Of a stretch of DNA of 64,000 nt, positions 38,886 to 48,353 are shown piece after piece. The notes beneath the pieces are model-generated. The model was not told where the DNA came from and made no database searches. It saw only the letters and a program-made list of their open reading frames with translations. This DNA is from Bacteroidota bacterium (GTDB taxonomy: Bacteria > Bacteroidota > Bacteroidia > Bacteroidales > FEN-979), in NCBI GenBank assembly GCA_037137455.1, contig JBAXKG010000007.1:12036-76035 (forward strand). The letters are read 5' to 3'. A program made the position numbers and the translations under genes. How positions within the stretch are numbered: position 1 is the stretch's first letter; every line of letters begins with the position of its first letter.

Positions 38886-39685
38886 TAATCTATTTTATTT
38901 ATTACATTAAACTTGATACCGGCAAACTCCTGAAGGAGCATGTAGGCATTGTAGAAGGCGAACCGGGATTCTTCAAAGTCAGTAACTGCTTTACGGTACA
39001 TTTCATTAATATATGCTAACTCATACAAGGTTATTTGCCCGTTTAAAAATTCTTTATCTCCCATTTCCTTTTGCAGCGCCTGGGCATATATGTTTTCATT
39101 TGCAATTTTCAGAATACGCTGGTTAACAATTAACTGGTTATATTGTACAATAATTAATTTTCGCAATTCAATGATTTGATTGTCCCTGATAGCCATCGAT
39201 TTTTCAACCTCTTTCGTTGCGGTTTTAATTCTGTTTTTCCTGTCCCAAAAATCATCCATAGGTAAACGAAGGCTTACGCTAACCAAGGCCCGATCACTAT
39301 TTTGGGTGGATTGCATAATATTTCCTATTATTACATTGTCACTAGATGAACCAGAATTATCTGTTCCGGAAAACCAATAATCCTTTTGTAACAATCCATC
39401 GATGTAGAAATTTTGCATCCATTCCCTTTTTGCTGTTTTAATTTTATATTTCCAAATGGCAATATCTGCATCCTGTGATCTCAGAAGCGGGGAGTTTACA
39501 ATGGCAGAGTCAATCAGGTCTTCGAGGGGAGGAATGCGTAATGTGATATCATCCACAAACGGGTTGAAGGTCACTGATGAATCCTGGGCGTTTCCACTTT
39601 TAAAAAATCCTTGTCCAAAAAAAAACAGTGGAGAATTCAAGAGAAAAATAACCAAAAAAAGTGAGCATCTTGTTTTCATATCCAC
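38885..39685 (-). CDS. secreted 266-aa protein resembling a single TolC/OEP repeat (half-size outer-membrane factor)
   Basis: Signal peptide. LEDLIDSAIVNSPLLRSQDADIAIWKYKIKTAKREW plus later coiled-coil heptads resemble one OEP repeat. It occupies the slot upstream of the co-polymerase where Wza/OPX usually lies. Confidence 0.4.
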   Translation of the reverse strand: MDMKTRCSLFLVIFLLNSPLFFFGQGFFKSGNAQDSSVTFNPFVDDITLRIPPLEDLIDSAIVNSPLLRSQDADIAIWKYKIKTAKREWMQNFYIDGLLQKDYWFSGTDNSGSSSDNVIIGNIMQSTQNSDRALVSVSLRLPMDDFWDRKNRIKTATKEVEKSMAIRDNQIIELRKLIIVQYNQLIVNQRILKIANENIYAQALQKEMGDKEFLNGQITLYELAYINEMYRKAVTDFEESRFAFYNAYMLLQEFAGIKFNVINKID

Positions 39686-39706
39686 TTGTTGATTTTTATC
39701 GAATTC

Positions 39707-40939
39707 TTAGACATTTTCTTTTTGAATGAATATTGTAAACGTTCTAAAAATTAGCTTTATGTCATTCCAGAATGAATTGTGTTCTGCATAATAATTATCC
39801 AGCGCAAATCTTTCCTCTTCAGACATTGTTCCTTTTTTTCCACGTTTTTCCACTTGCCAGAGGCCGGTTAAGCCTGCAGCAGCTCTGAAACGGCGGCTCC
39901 ATTTCTTTTTTGTCAATGCTTCAGCTTCGTTAAGGGGCAGGGGACGGTTACCTACAATCGACATATCTCCTTTAATAATATTAAAGAGCTGGGGTAATTC
40001 ATCAATACTGGTCATCCGGATGAATTTTCCTACTTTGGTTATTCTTGGATCATCCTTGATTTTCAGAAAAGCTTTTTTTGCACTGCGCCGATTATTAGCA
40101 AGCCGTTCACAAATTTCTTCGCCATCGTAGTATACCATTGGCGAGCAGTTTTGGCCTGAAGGTAGCTTTGCGCATTCCGAACAGGTTACCTCAACCGATT
40201 CATTGATATACTGGTTCAAATGGGCAACGTCTTTGATGCGTGAGTCAGCATCGGGGTACATTGACCTGAACTTATAGAAATCAAATATCTTATAGTTAGA
40301 CCCAACCCGTTTGGCAATATAGTAAACCTTACCGCGCGACTCAACCAGGATGGCTATTACGGTAAGAAGCATAAATGGCGACAATATCAGCAGTGCAGAA
40401 AGAGCGACAACCATATCGAAAATACGCTTGGGTAAAGGTGTTTTATATGGAGTCATGTCTTCATCCTGTAGCGACATTGGCTTTGGAACGTATTCTGCCT
40501 TAAACTTATTCAGGAAAAGAATCCGGCTATAAATATTATTAATATTTATTTCTTTATGATAAAAGTCATCAATTCCCATGTTGAAAGCCTCCTGTTTGAT
40601 GCCATTATCCCGAAAAAAGGAGATAACGATAAAGGGAGTTTTCTGATAAACCTTGTTTAATTTGAGTTTCAAGTAAAACAATAAGCCATTTATTCCAGGA
40701 AGAATAAATTCGCAGATGATGGCATCAATCTTATGCTCTTCTTGATAAACCTTATCAAAACGAGTATCCTGGTCCAGGTCAAAAAGGTTAAATTGGTAAT
40801 TTGTTAACCAATAGAGTGCAGCCAGACCATTCGATATTTGTCTAACACTAAATAAATCGCTTTTATCGAACTGATCAATAGTTGGCTGATCATTTCCAAT
40901 ATAAAGGATTTTTAAAGGTGTGAAAGCATTTTCATCCAT
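39707..40939 (-). CDS. degenerate receiver domain fused to a bacterial sugar transferase (undecaprenyl-phosphate hexose-1-phosphate priming transferase)
   Basis: The C-terminal part reads PKRIFDMVVALSALLILSPFMLL...KFRSM...DDPRITKVGKFIRMTSIDELPQLFNIIKGDMSIVGNRPL, which are the WbaP/WecA-unrelated PGT signatures. The N-terminal ~140 aa has a CheY-like pattern with ND in place of DD, and E in place of the phospho-Asp (IDAIICEFILPG). Confidence 0.8.
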   Translation of the reverse strand: MDENAFTPLKILYIGNDQPTIDQFDKSDLFSVRQISNGLAALYWLTNYQFNLFDLDQDTRFDKVYQEEHKIDAIICEFILPGINGLLFYLKLKLNKVYQKTPFIVISFFRDNGIKQEAFNMGIDDFYHKEININNIYSRILFLNKFKAEYVPKPMSLQDEDMTPYKTPLPKRIFDMVVALSALLILSPFMLLTVIAILVESRGKVYYIAKRVGSNYKIFDFYKFRSMYPDADSRIKDVAHLNQYINESVEVTCSECAKLPSGQNCSPMVYYDGEEICERLANNRRSAKKAFLKIKDDPRITKVGKFIRMTSIDELPQLFNIIKGDMSIVGNRPLPLNEAEALTKKKWSRRFRAAAGLTGLWQVEKRGKKGTMSEEERFALDNYYAEHNSFWNDIKLIFRTFTIFIQKENV

Positions 40940-40945
40940 AAAACA

Positions 40946-41344
40946 CTAATTACCTCTTCGTTGCGAGTACAATTCCTTGAATTCCAGGCGTCGTTTAATT
41001 CTTGCAATGAGTTCCTTGGGATTAAACGGTTTAAGAACATAATCATCGGCACCCATTTCAAAGCACCTGATCTTATCAGCGCTCTCTTCTTTACCTGAAA
41101 GCATTATCAATGGAATCTCGTCAAAGAAGCCGCTTTCCCGAATTCTTCGGATAAATTCAAAGCCATTTAAAACAGGCATTTCGACATCACAGATAATCAC
41201 ATCAGGGAGATTTCCGGTTTGCAAATAGAATAGTGCATCCATTCCGTTGCTGATCGAAGTAACTTCAAAATCCTTGTTAAACGTATTTTCGATTATAAAC
41301 CGGATACTTTTTTCATCATCAATAGCGAGTATCTTTTTCTTCAT
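40946..41344 (-). CDS. single-domain (CheY-like) response regulator
   Basis: ILAIDDEKS...DVIICDVEMPVLNG...LIMLSGK...VLKPF contains all canonical receiver residues. There is no output domain. Confidence 0.9.
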   Translation of the reverse strand: MKKKILAIDDEKSIRFIIENTFNKDFEVTSISNGMDALFYLQTGNLPDVIICDVEMPVLNGFEFIRRIRESGFFDEIPLIMLSGKEESADKIRCFEMGADDYVLKPFNPKELIARIKRRLEFKELYSQRRGN

Positions 41345-41363
41345 AACGTCTTATTTTGCTAAG

Positions 41364-41371
41364 CAAATATA
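41364..41371 (-). promoter_or_regulatory. candidate -7 box (TATATTTG on the minus strand) heading the polysaccharide locus
   Basis: A TAnnTTTG match 19 nt upstream of the response-regulator ATG, in the 77-nt gap after uvrB. Confidence 0.35.
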
Positions 41372-41421
41372 TTCAAATATGTATGAAATGCAGAAAATAG
41401 ATATTAACAAAAAAGAAGAAG

Positions 41422-43479
41422 TTATTTATCATAACGTTCCGATTGATTATTCTCAATGGTCATTTTTTCAACCATTTCTTTAAGTATTTTTAATTCATCA
41501 CGTAGCCGGGCCGCTTCCAGGAAATCCAGGCTTTTTACTGATACCTCTAAAGCTTTACTGATCTTGCTGACTAATTTCTGCAGTTTTTCTTTCGAAAGGT
41601 ACTGAATTATCGGGTCTGCCGCGATATCTGAATAATCTTTTTCAATATAGGCTACAGGCATTTTCGTTTTACCGTCTGCAACAGTTGTTTGCCCAAGTAT
41701 TTCATTTGTACTTTTAATGATCTGGGAGGGTGTAATGTTATTCAATAAATTATAAGAGATTTGCCTTTCTCTACGGCGGTTTGTTTCATTCATCATTCGT
41801 TTCATCGACTCGGTGAGCTTGTCGGCATACATGATCACTTTACTGTTAATATTTCGTGCAGCACGCCCTGCCGTTTGAGTCAATGAACGTTCAGAACGAA
41901 GGAACCCTTCCTTATCGGCATCGAGAATAGCAACCAATGAAACTTCAGGGAGATCAAGTCCTTCGCGCAGCAGGTTAACGCCGACAAGGACATCGAATGT
42001 TCCAAGCCGTAAATCCCTTAAAATTTCGACCCGTTCGAGGGTCTCGACATCAGAGTGGATGTAACGGCAACGGACGCCAATCCTGGTAAAATAATTTGTC
42101 AGTTCTTCCGCCATCCGTTTTGTCAGGGTTGTAACAAGGATCCGTTCATTCTTTTGTATCCGCTGATTAATTTCTTCCAGAAGATCGTCTATCTGGCGCA
42201 GGCTTGGTCTGACTTCTACGTATGGATCAAGCAACCCGGTTGGACGAATTACCTGTTCCACCATAACACCTTCGCATTTCTGCAGCTCAAAATCAGCAGG
42301 AGTCGCACTGACATAGATAGTCTGATTGACCATTGTTTCGAATTCATCAAATTTTAATGGTCTGTTATCCATTGCAGAAGGAAGCCTGAACCCATATTCT
42401 ACCAGGGTTTGTTTGCGTGAACGGTCACCTCCAAACATGGCCCTTATCTGAGGTATAGTTGCATGGCTTTCATCAATCACCATCAGGAAGTCATCAGGAA
42501 AAAAATCGAGCAGACAGAAGGGACGGGAACCAGCAGTTCTGCCATCAAAATACCTTGAATAGTTTTCGATGCCCGAACAATAACCAAGTTCGCGCATCAT
42601 TTCAATATCATAGCTAACGCGATCTTCTAAACGTTTTGCTTCCAGTTCCTTGCCGTTTTCTTTGAAAAACTCACATTGTTTTATAAGGTCATCCTGTATC
42701 TGAATCAATGATTCGCGCATCTTATCCTGAGATGTTACGAAGATATTCGCAGGGTATAATGTCATCAATTCCATTTTTTCAATTTTCCGTCCGGTCACGG
42801 GATCGAATGATTCGATAGACTCTACTTCGTTTCCACAGAAAATCAACCTGTAAGCGATGTCGAGATAGGCAGGAAAAATATCCACAGAATCTCCTTTTAC
42901 CCTGAAACGGCCACGGGTAAAATCACCTTCAGTTCGTGAATAAAGACTGTTGACCAATGATTGCAGGAGTTTTTTCCGGCCAAGCTGGTCTCCGGAATTC
43001 ACCCGAATCACATTCTGGTTAAAGTCGTCAGGATTACCGATGCCGTAAATACATGATACCGAGGAGACGACGATAATATCACGCCTGCCTGACAACAGGG
43101 CTGAAGATGCGCTCAATCTAAGCTTTTCGATCTCTTCATTTATTGAAAGATCTTTTTCAATGTAGGTATTAGTTACAGGAATAAAAGCTTCTGGTTGGTA
43201 ATAGTCATAATATGAAACAAAAAATTCTACTGAATTTTCAGGAAAAAACTGTTTGAATTCCCCGTACAATTGCGCTGCAAGTGTCTTGTTATGGCTGAAT
43301 ACAAGCGTCGGCTTCTGAACTTGTTGGATTACATTGGCAATAGTAAATGTTTTACCGGAACCAGTCACCCCATTTAATACTTGCGAAGGATCACCCCGTT
43401 GAATACCTTCAACGAGTTGTTTTATGGCCTCGGGCTGATCTCCGGTTGGCAAAAATTCGGAAGTGAGCTTGAAATCCAA
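41422..43479 (-). CDS. uvrB: excinuclease ABC subunit B
   Basis: FKLTSEFLPTGDQPEAI, GVTGSGKTFT (Walker A), helicase motifs, and a C-terminal UVR domain (LEAARLRDELKILK). TTG start. Confidence 0.97.
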   Translation of the reverse strand: MDFKLTSEFLPTGDQPEAIKQLVEGIQRGDPSQVLNGVTGSGKTFTIANVIQQVQKPTLVFSHNKTLAAQLYGEFKQFFPENSVEFFVSYYDYYQPEAFIPVTNTYIEKDLSINEEIEKLRLSASSALLSGRRDIIVVSSVSCIYGIGNPDDFNQNVIRVNSGDQLGRKKLLQSLVNSLYSRTEGDFTRGRFRVKGDSVDIFPAYLDIAYRLIFCGNEVESIESFDPVTGRKIEKMELMTLYPANIFVTSQDKMRESLIQIQDDLIKQCEFFKENGKELEAKRLEDRVSYDIEMMRELGYCSGIENYSRYFDGRTAGSRPFCLLDFFPDDFLMVIDESHATIPQIRAMFGGDRSRKQTLVEYGFRLPSAMDNRPLKFDEFETMVNQTIYVSATPADFELQKCEGVMVEQVIRPTGLLDPYVEVRPSLRQIDDLLEEINQRIQKNERILVTTLTKRMAEELTNYFTRIGVRCRYIHSDVETLERVEILRDLRLGTFDVLVGVNLLREGLDLPEVSLVAILDADKEGFLRSERSLTQTAGRAARNINSKVIMYADKLTESMKRMMNETNRRRERQISYNLLNNITPSQIIKSTNEILGQTTVADGKTKMPVAYIEKDYSDIAADPIIQYLSKEKLQKLVSKISKALEVSVKSLDFLEAARLRDELKILKEMVEKMTIENNQSERYDK

Positions 43480-43490
43480 AAGAGTTCGTT

Positions 43491-44615
43491 TTAGTGGTTA
43501 AAAGCCATGGTTGCGGTAATCGGATAATGATCTGATAATTCCACATCAATTTTTTTATATGTCAGCGCCTGAAATTCCCTGGTATGAAGTATATAATCAA
43601 TTCGGAAGGAGGGCAGTTTTCCGGCATATGTCCCCTCAAATAATTCATTCCCAGCTTCCTTGAATGAGTCGAATAAACCGATGGTTAATTGATGATATGT
43701 ATAAGAGGTGGGGGTATCATTAAAGTCACCTGCAAGTATTACAGGATAAGGGCAAGCAGCAATGTGGGTGGCAAGATTATGAACTTGTTTTGATCTAAGG
43801 ATAAACGATTTACGAAGTTTCCAGATCATGCGTTTTGATCCTTCCCTGAGCGGGGTTCCCTCAGTATCGGGATCAGTAAGTCGAGAATAAAATGAATAGT
43901 CATCATTTCCAAATCTAACCGATTCAAGGTGCAGATTGTACACGCGAATAGTATCCTTTTTGATTAGAATATCCGAAAAAAGTGCAAATAAACTTCCGTC
44001 CTGAAGCTTAAAATGGCCCGAGTTCAGAATGGGGTAACGCGAAAATGTAGCGATTGCATTGATTTTCCGTTTGTTCCAAAAATCTTTGTAATTTTTAAAG
44101 GAATAATAATCCAATTGTATAGATTTGGTAAATTTTGTCAGGGTTTTAGAAAAGTCTTCACCTATGGCAAAGAATTCCTGGATACATATTATGTCACCTT
44201 TTTGTTTAGCAAGAAATTCAGTGACTTTACTTCTGGTTTCGGGAATACTTTCAGCACGTTGACTACCGTAAAGACTGTGAACATTAAAACTGACCACTTT
44301 TATCTTCAACCCGGTGGGGGCAGTTTGTTTAGAAAAATGGAATGGATATATTGACAGAAGGCTGTTCCACCCCACCAGAATTGAAATAAGTGAAAGGAAG
44401 ATGAATCGTTTCCACATTATTAACCATAAGGTTACAAATACCAAATTGATGATCAGTAAAACAGGGTATGCAAGGCCAAAAAATGCAAAAAACCAAAATT
44501 TTTCCGGGCTTATATAACCGGCGCAATAGGATGCGAGCAATCCGATCACAGCCATTAAATTAATGAATAACAGAAACTTCAAAAAAAATGATCGGTTCAT
44601 TTTCATTGAAAACAA
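43491..44615 (-). CDS. membrane-anchored endonuclease/exonuclease/phosphatase (EEP) family protein
   Basis: 3-4 N-terminal TM helices, then KVVSFNVHS...ICIQEF...LAGDFNDTP...SDHYPI (EEP catalytic motifs). Confidence 0.8.
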   Translation of the reverse strand: MFSMKMNRSFFLKFLLFINLMAVIGLLASYCAGYISPEKFWFFAFFGLAYPVLLIINLVFVTLWLIMWKRFIFLSLISILVGWNSLLSIYPFHFSKQTAPTGLKIKVVSFNVHSLYGSQRAESIPETRSKVTEFLAKQKGDIICIQEFFAIGEDFSKTLTKFTKSIQLDYYSFKNYKDFWNKRKINAIATFSRYPILNSGHFKLQDGSLFALFSDILIKKDTIRVYNLHLESVRFGNDDYSFYSRLTDPDTEGTPLREGSKRMIWKLRKSFILRSKQVHNLATHIAACPYPVILAGDFNDTPTSYTYHQLTIGLFDSFKEAGNELFEGTYAGKLPSFRIDYILHTREFQALTYKKIDVELSDHYPITATMAFNH

Positions 44616-44623
44616 GTTTTTGG

Positions 44624-45562
44624 TCAGCGTTTATATGATGTTTTAAATAAAAACTCTTTCTCAGCTTTAGTCAGGCAATCATAACCCCCTTTTGAAATTT
44701 TCTCCAGGATGTCATCGACTTTTTTCTGATTCTCCTTTTTTTTCTTGTTATAATCTTCATCAGACACTGTTCTGGAATATTCCGGATGTGGATTATAGGC
44801 CTGTTGTTTTTTTTGAAATTTGTCTTTTATGCCAGCGAAAAATGCAGATGAATTTTCGTTTGCATATGATGCATTTTTTGTAACGCGAATAAACTGACTG
44901 AAGATGACGCCGAACAATGCGCCACCGATGTGGGCAAGGTGACCTCCTGCGTTGCCTGAAGGAATCATAAAAAAGTCAAAGACAAACAGGATAATAGCAA
45001 GGTACAGGATTCTGATTTTCCCGAAAAGGAAGAGCTGTATAGTATAATTCGGCAGGTAAAATGAAATTGCAGTTACAATGGCCATAACCGAGGCGGAGGC
45101 GCCCAAAGCAAAGGATAATTTAACTATCCCGGAGAAAACGGGAAATGTGTTAAATGCGAACACATATACCAGGGCTCCTGCAATTCCACCCAACAGATAG
45201 ACCAAAATCAATTGCCTGGAGGATAAAAATTCGAGGAATATTCTTCCAAACCAATAGAGCCAAACCATATTGAAAAGCAGGTGCCAGATATCAATATGCA
45301 AAAACATGTATGTTAATAAAGTCCACGGTTTGGCCATTAATGCAGGAACAGATGCCGGAATTGCCAATAATTGCAAAACCATGGTGTTAGTAGTGGCGCC
45401 ATCGGGATCATTATAAATGAATAGTATGACCTTAAGCGACTGGATAAAAATCCAGAGCGCCACATTGACGATTATCAGCACAGACAAGCTTGATCCTTGT
45501 CTGAAAAAATTCTTGATTTCCTCAAGAGGGTTTGATGGTTGTTGATATGAATATTTCATCAT
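44624..45562 (-). CDS. rhomboid-family intramembrane serine protease
   Basis: YMFLHIDIWHLLFNM (HxxxN) and GASASVMAI (GxSx) motifs, 6-7 TM helices, and a charged C-terminal tail. Confidence 0.85.
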   Translation of the reverse strand: MMKYSYQQPSNPLEEIKNFFRQGSSLSVLIIVNVALWIFIQSLKVILFIYNDPDGATTNTMVLQLLAIPASVPALMAKPWTLLTYMFLHIDIWHLLFNMVWLYWFGRIFLEFLSSRQLILVYLLGGIAGALVYVFAFNTFPVFSGIVKLSFALGASASVMAIVTAISFYLPNYTIQLFLFGKIRILYLAIILFVFDFFMIPSGNAGGHLAHIGGALFGVIFSQFIRVTKNASYANENSSAFFAGIKDKFQKKQQAYNPHPEYSRTVSDEDYNKKKKENQKKVDDILEKISKGGYDCLTKAEKEFLFKTSYKR

Positions 45563-46395
45563 GATGTAAAATAATCTGTCTTTTTCTTCCAGTACACAAT
45601 TAAAAAGAACCCAAATATCATGCCTCCCAAATGAGCAAAATGAGCAACATTATCACTTGGATTGTTCGAAATGCCTGAGAAAAGTTCAATTGCGCCATAA
45701 AGGATAACAATCCATTTTGCTTTAATCGGGAATAGAAAATATATATACACCAACATATTTGGGAACATCATTCCGAAAGCAAGCAGGATCCCATAAACTG
45801 CGCCTGAAGCCCCGACTGTCGGGATATCCATTTGCAATTTCATTAATTGGCTTATATATTCCAGTGATTGAGGTATATATCCAGGACTGTTCCTGGCTAG
45901 TGACCATTCGCTGATAAAATTCCTGATAGTTCCTTCTGCTTCATAATGTCGGGGATAATTATGACGGACAAATGAGATAAAGCTATCCAATGTCGGATTT
46001 GCGGTATATGATTGAGCGGCTGCCTGAATAGATGAAATATCGAGCCAATTCACAAAGGTTTGCACCATTGCAGCGCCAATCCCGGTTATTATATAATAGG
46101 TCAGAAAACGCTTTGATCCCCATACGTTCTCAAGCAAATAGCCGAACATCCAGAGTGCAAACATGTTAAAAAGGATATGCGAAAAATTCGCGTGTACAAA
46201 CATGTATGTAACAAACTGGTATGGGCGGAATAAATCGGACTGAAAATAATGCAAACCGAACAGATTTTCCAATTCAATCCCATAAGCTGAATTTAAGGAA
46301 ACTGTTGCAAGGAAAAATAACCCGTTGATAATCAGAAGATTTTTTACTACGGGCGGGAGTAGGCTGAAGCCTGCCGGGCTATATTGTTGAGACAT
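45559..46395 (-). CDS. rhomboid-family intramembrane serine protease
   Basis: YMFVHANFSHILFNM, GASGAVYGIL and AHFAHLGGMIFG motifs. 4-nt overlap with the downstream rhomboid gene. Confidence 0.85.
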   Translation of the reverse strand: MSQQYSPAGFSLLPPVVKNLLIINGLFFLATVSLNSAYGIELENLFGLHYFQSDLFRPYQFVTYMFVHANFSHILFNMFALWMFGYLLENVWGSKRFLTYYIITGIGAAMVQTFVNWLDISSIQAAAQSYTANPTLDSFISFVRHNYPRHYEAEGTIRNFISEWSLARNSPGYIPQSLEYISQLMKLQMDIPTVGASGAVYGILLAFGMMFPNMLVYIYFLFPIKAKWIVILYGAIELFSGISNNPSDNVAHFAHLGGMIFGFFLIVYWKKKTDYFTS

Positions 46396-46409
46396 ATTTC
46401 GTTATGGTA

Positions 46410-48182
46410 CTAGATTTTAAATTTTCTGTTAAGTTCGTCAAATGAGATAATTATCATAGTTGGTTTACCGTCAGGGGAGGTCTCCGGGATTTTGCAGGCG
46501 AAAAGATTTTCAACCATTGAATCCATTTCCTGTTGATGTAACCTCTTTCCTCTTTTCGTTGAAAGCTTTCTGGCCATGTTTTTGGCCAGTACCTGGCATT
46601 GGTTCATCTTATTCTCATTTCCTGGTAATTTAAGTGATTCAAGAACAGATTCGATAAACGACCCGATGTTTCCAGTTTCCATGTTCATTGGGATTGCCTG
46701 CACAACGAATGATCCTTTTCCAAAATCATTGATTTCAAATCCAATTTCTTTAAAATATTCCATCCATTCCAGCAAAAACTGTGAATTATCAGGACTTAGC
46801 GTGATTGTTTGCGGAATCAGCTGAATTTGGCCAACCAGGTTATTTGATTGATTATAGCTAAGCATGCGTTCATAAAGGATACGTTCATGAGCATGTTGCT
46901 GATCAATGATGATTATCCCTGTTTTGTTATGAGTAACGATGAATGAATTTTCAACCTGGAAACAATTTTTTCTTTCTGAAAAAGATTCTTCTTTGTGATA
47001 TAATTCCTGCCATCCCTGAAATGAAGGGGGATGTTTTGCTGATGATGTAAACTTAGGCTGGGGTTCTCTTTGTTTTTCAAATGGGTTATACTCAGGGTTT
47101 ATAGTAATTGTAGGTTGTATGACCGGCTGATTATCGGGAAATGGTGGAAAATTCATGCTTTGTTCCACTTCAAAATCCAATGTTGGTGAAATATTAAATT
47201 TACCGATGGATTGCTTGACAGCGGCGTGAAGGATGGAATATATACTTTTAATATCCTGAAAGTTAATTTCAGTTTTTGTCGGATGAATATTAACATCAAT
47301 TGTTTGAGGGTTCACTTCCATGTAGATGAAATAGGATGGAATTGAATCATCTGGAATCAATTCCTTGAATGCGTTTTCAACGGCATGGTGAAGGTAAGGG
47401 CATTTTATAAACCTTCCGTTTGTGAAGAAATACTGTTCTCCCCTTGTCTTTTTTGCGAATTCGGGTTTGCCGAGGAATCCGGAAATATTAACAAGATCGG
47501 TTTGTTGTTCAACCGGAATAAGGCGTTGACTGTAAGATGAACCATACAGCTTGATTATCCTTTGTTTGAGGTTGGCTTTTGGCAACTGGAACAGGAGTTT
47601 CTCCTGATTGTAAAAAGTAAATGCAATATCAGGATTCACGAGTGTTACGCGGAAGAATTCTTCAATTATAAATTTTAATTCCAGAGTGTTTGATTTCAAA
47701 AAGTTACGACGTGCGGGAACATTGAAAAACAGGTTTTTCACACTTACCGATGTGCCGTTCTGACAATTCACAGGGAATTGGCCTTTAAACTCAGTCCCTT
47801 CTATTTGAATGCATGTTCCTATTTCATCATCATGACGTTTTGATTTAAGTTCTACCTGGGCAACGGAGGCGATTGATGAAAGGGCTTCTCCACGAAATCC
47901 CAGAGTTCTGATTTCAAGAAGGTCATCGGCCTTCTGAATTTTTGATGTTGCATGACGTTCGAAGCACATGCGGGCATCACGTTCCGACATTCCACAACCA
48001 TTATCAATAACCTGGATGAGCAATTTACCAGATTCTTTAATAATCAGTTTAATATCGGTTGAGCCGGCATCGATGGTATTTTCCAATAATTCTTTAACAG
48101 CAGAAGCAGGCCGCTGGACAACTTCTCCTGCAGCGATCTGGTTTGCGACAGAATCCGGTAAAAGGCGAATGATATCAGTCAT
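46410..48182 (-). CDS. mutL: DNA mismatch repair protein MutL
   Basis: IRLLPDSVANQIAAGEVVQRPASAVKELLENTIDAG and GFRGEALSSI are GHKL ATPase/MutL signatures. 590 aa. Confidence 0.97.
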   Translation of the reverse strand: MTDIIRLLPDSVANQIAAGEVVQRPASAVKELLENTIDAGSTDIKLIIKESGKLLIQVIDNGCGMSERDARMCFERHATSKIQKADDLLEIRTLGFRGEALSSIASVAQVELKSKRHDDEIGTCIQIEGTEFKGQFPVNCQNGTSVSVKNLFFNVPARRNFLKSNTLELKFIIEEFFRVTLVNPDIAFTFYNQEKLLFQLPKANLKQRIIKLYGSSYSQRLIPVEQQTDLVNISGFLGKPEFAKKTRGEQYFFTNGRFIKCPYLHHAVENAFKELIPDDSIPSYFIYMEVNPQTIDVNIHPTKTEINFQDIKSIYSILHAAVKQSIGKFNISPTLDFEVEQSMNFPPFPDNQPVIQPTITINPEYNPFEKQREPQPKFTSSAKHPPSFQGWQELYHKEESFSERKNCFQVENSFIVTHNKTGIIIIDQQHAHERILYERMLSYNQSNNLVGQIQLIPQTITLSPDNSQFLLEWMEYFKEIGFEINDFGKGSFVVQAIPMNMETGNIGSFIESVLESLKLPGNENKMNQCQVLAKNMARKLSTKRGKRLHQQEMDSMVENLFACKIPETSPDGKPTMIIISFDELNRKFKI

Positions 48183-48262
48183 CTAAAATTTAAGTAGTTA
48201 ATTTCCAATATCACTAATTTTTTGGATATTTTTTCACCAATGGAGCCCACTGATAAAACGAA

Positions 48263-48290
48263 GCGTCATCGAAATAATTTTCAATGACGC
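48263..48290 (-). terminator. weak candidate rho-independent terminator after the small membrane-protein gene
   Basis: A 7-bp stem (GCGTCAT...ATGACGC) with a 14-nt loop, followed on the minus strand by TTCGTTTTAT. The large loop and poor U-tract make this uncertain. Confidence 0.25.
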
Positions 48291-48353
48291 ATCGAATTTT
48301 TATTGTTTCTCAGAACTCAATTCCTTTCCTTAAGAGGAATGAAGAGTTACCTG

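Noticed and set aside
44624-46395. Tandem rhomboid proteases between mutL and the EEP gene, considered as an unusual system.
   Set aside because: To my recollection this mutL-rhomboid-rhomboid-EEP arrangement is common, conserved housekeeping synteny in Bacteroidota. Nothing in the sequences looks atypical.
48183-48353. A possible riboswitch or small RNA in the 171-nt gap between the membrane-protein gene and mutL. A GCCCACTG string resembles part of a B12 box.
   Set aside because: The B12-box-like string is on the plus strand, but both flanking genes are on the minus strand. No other conserved riboswitch core elements were seen. The region probably holds only a weak terminator and the mutL promoter.
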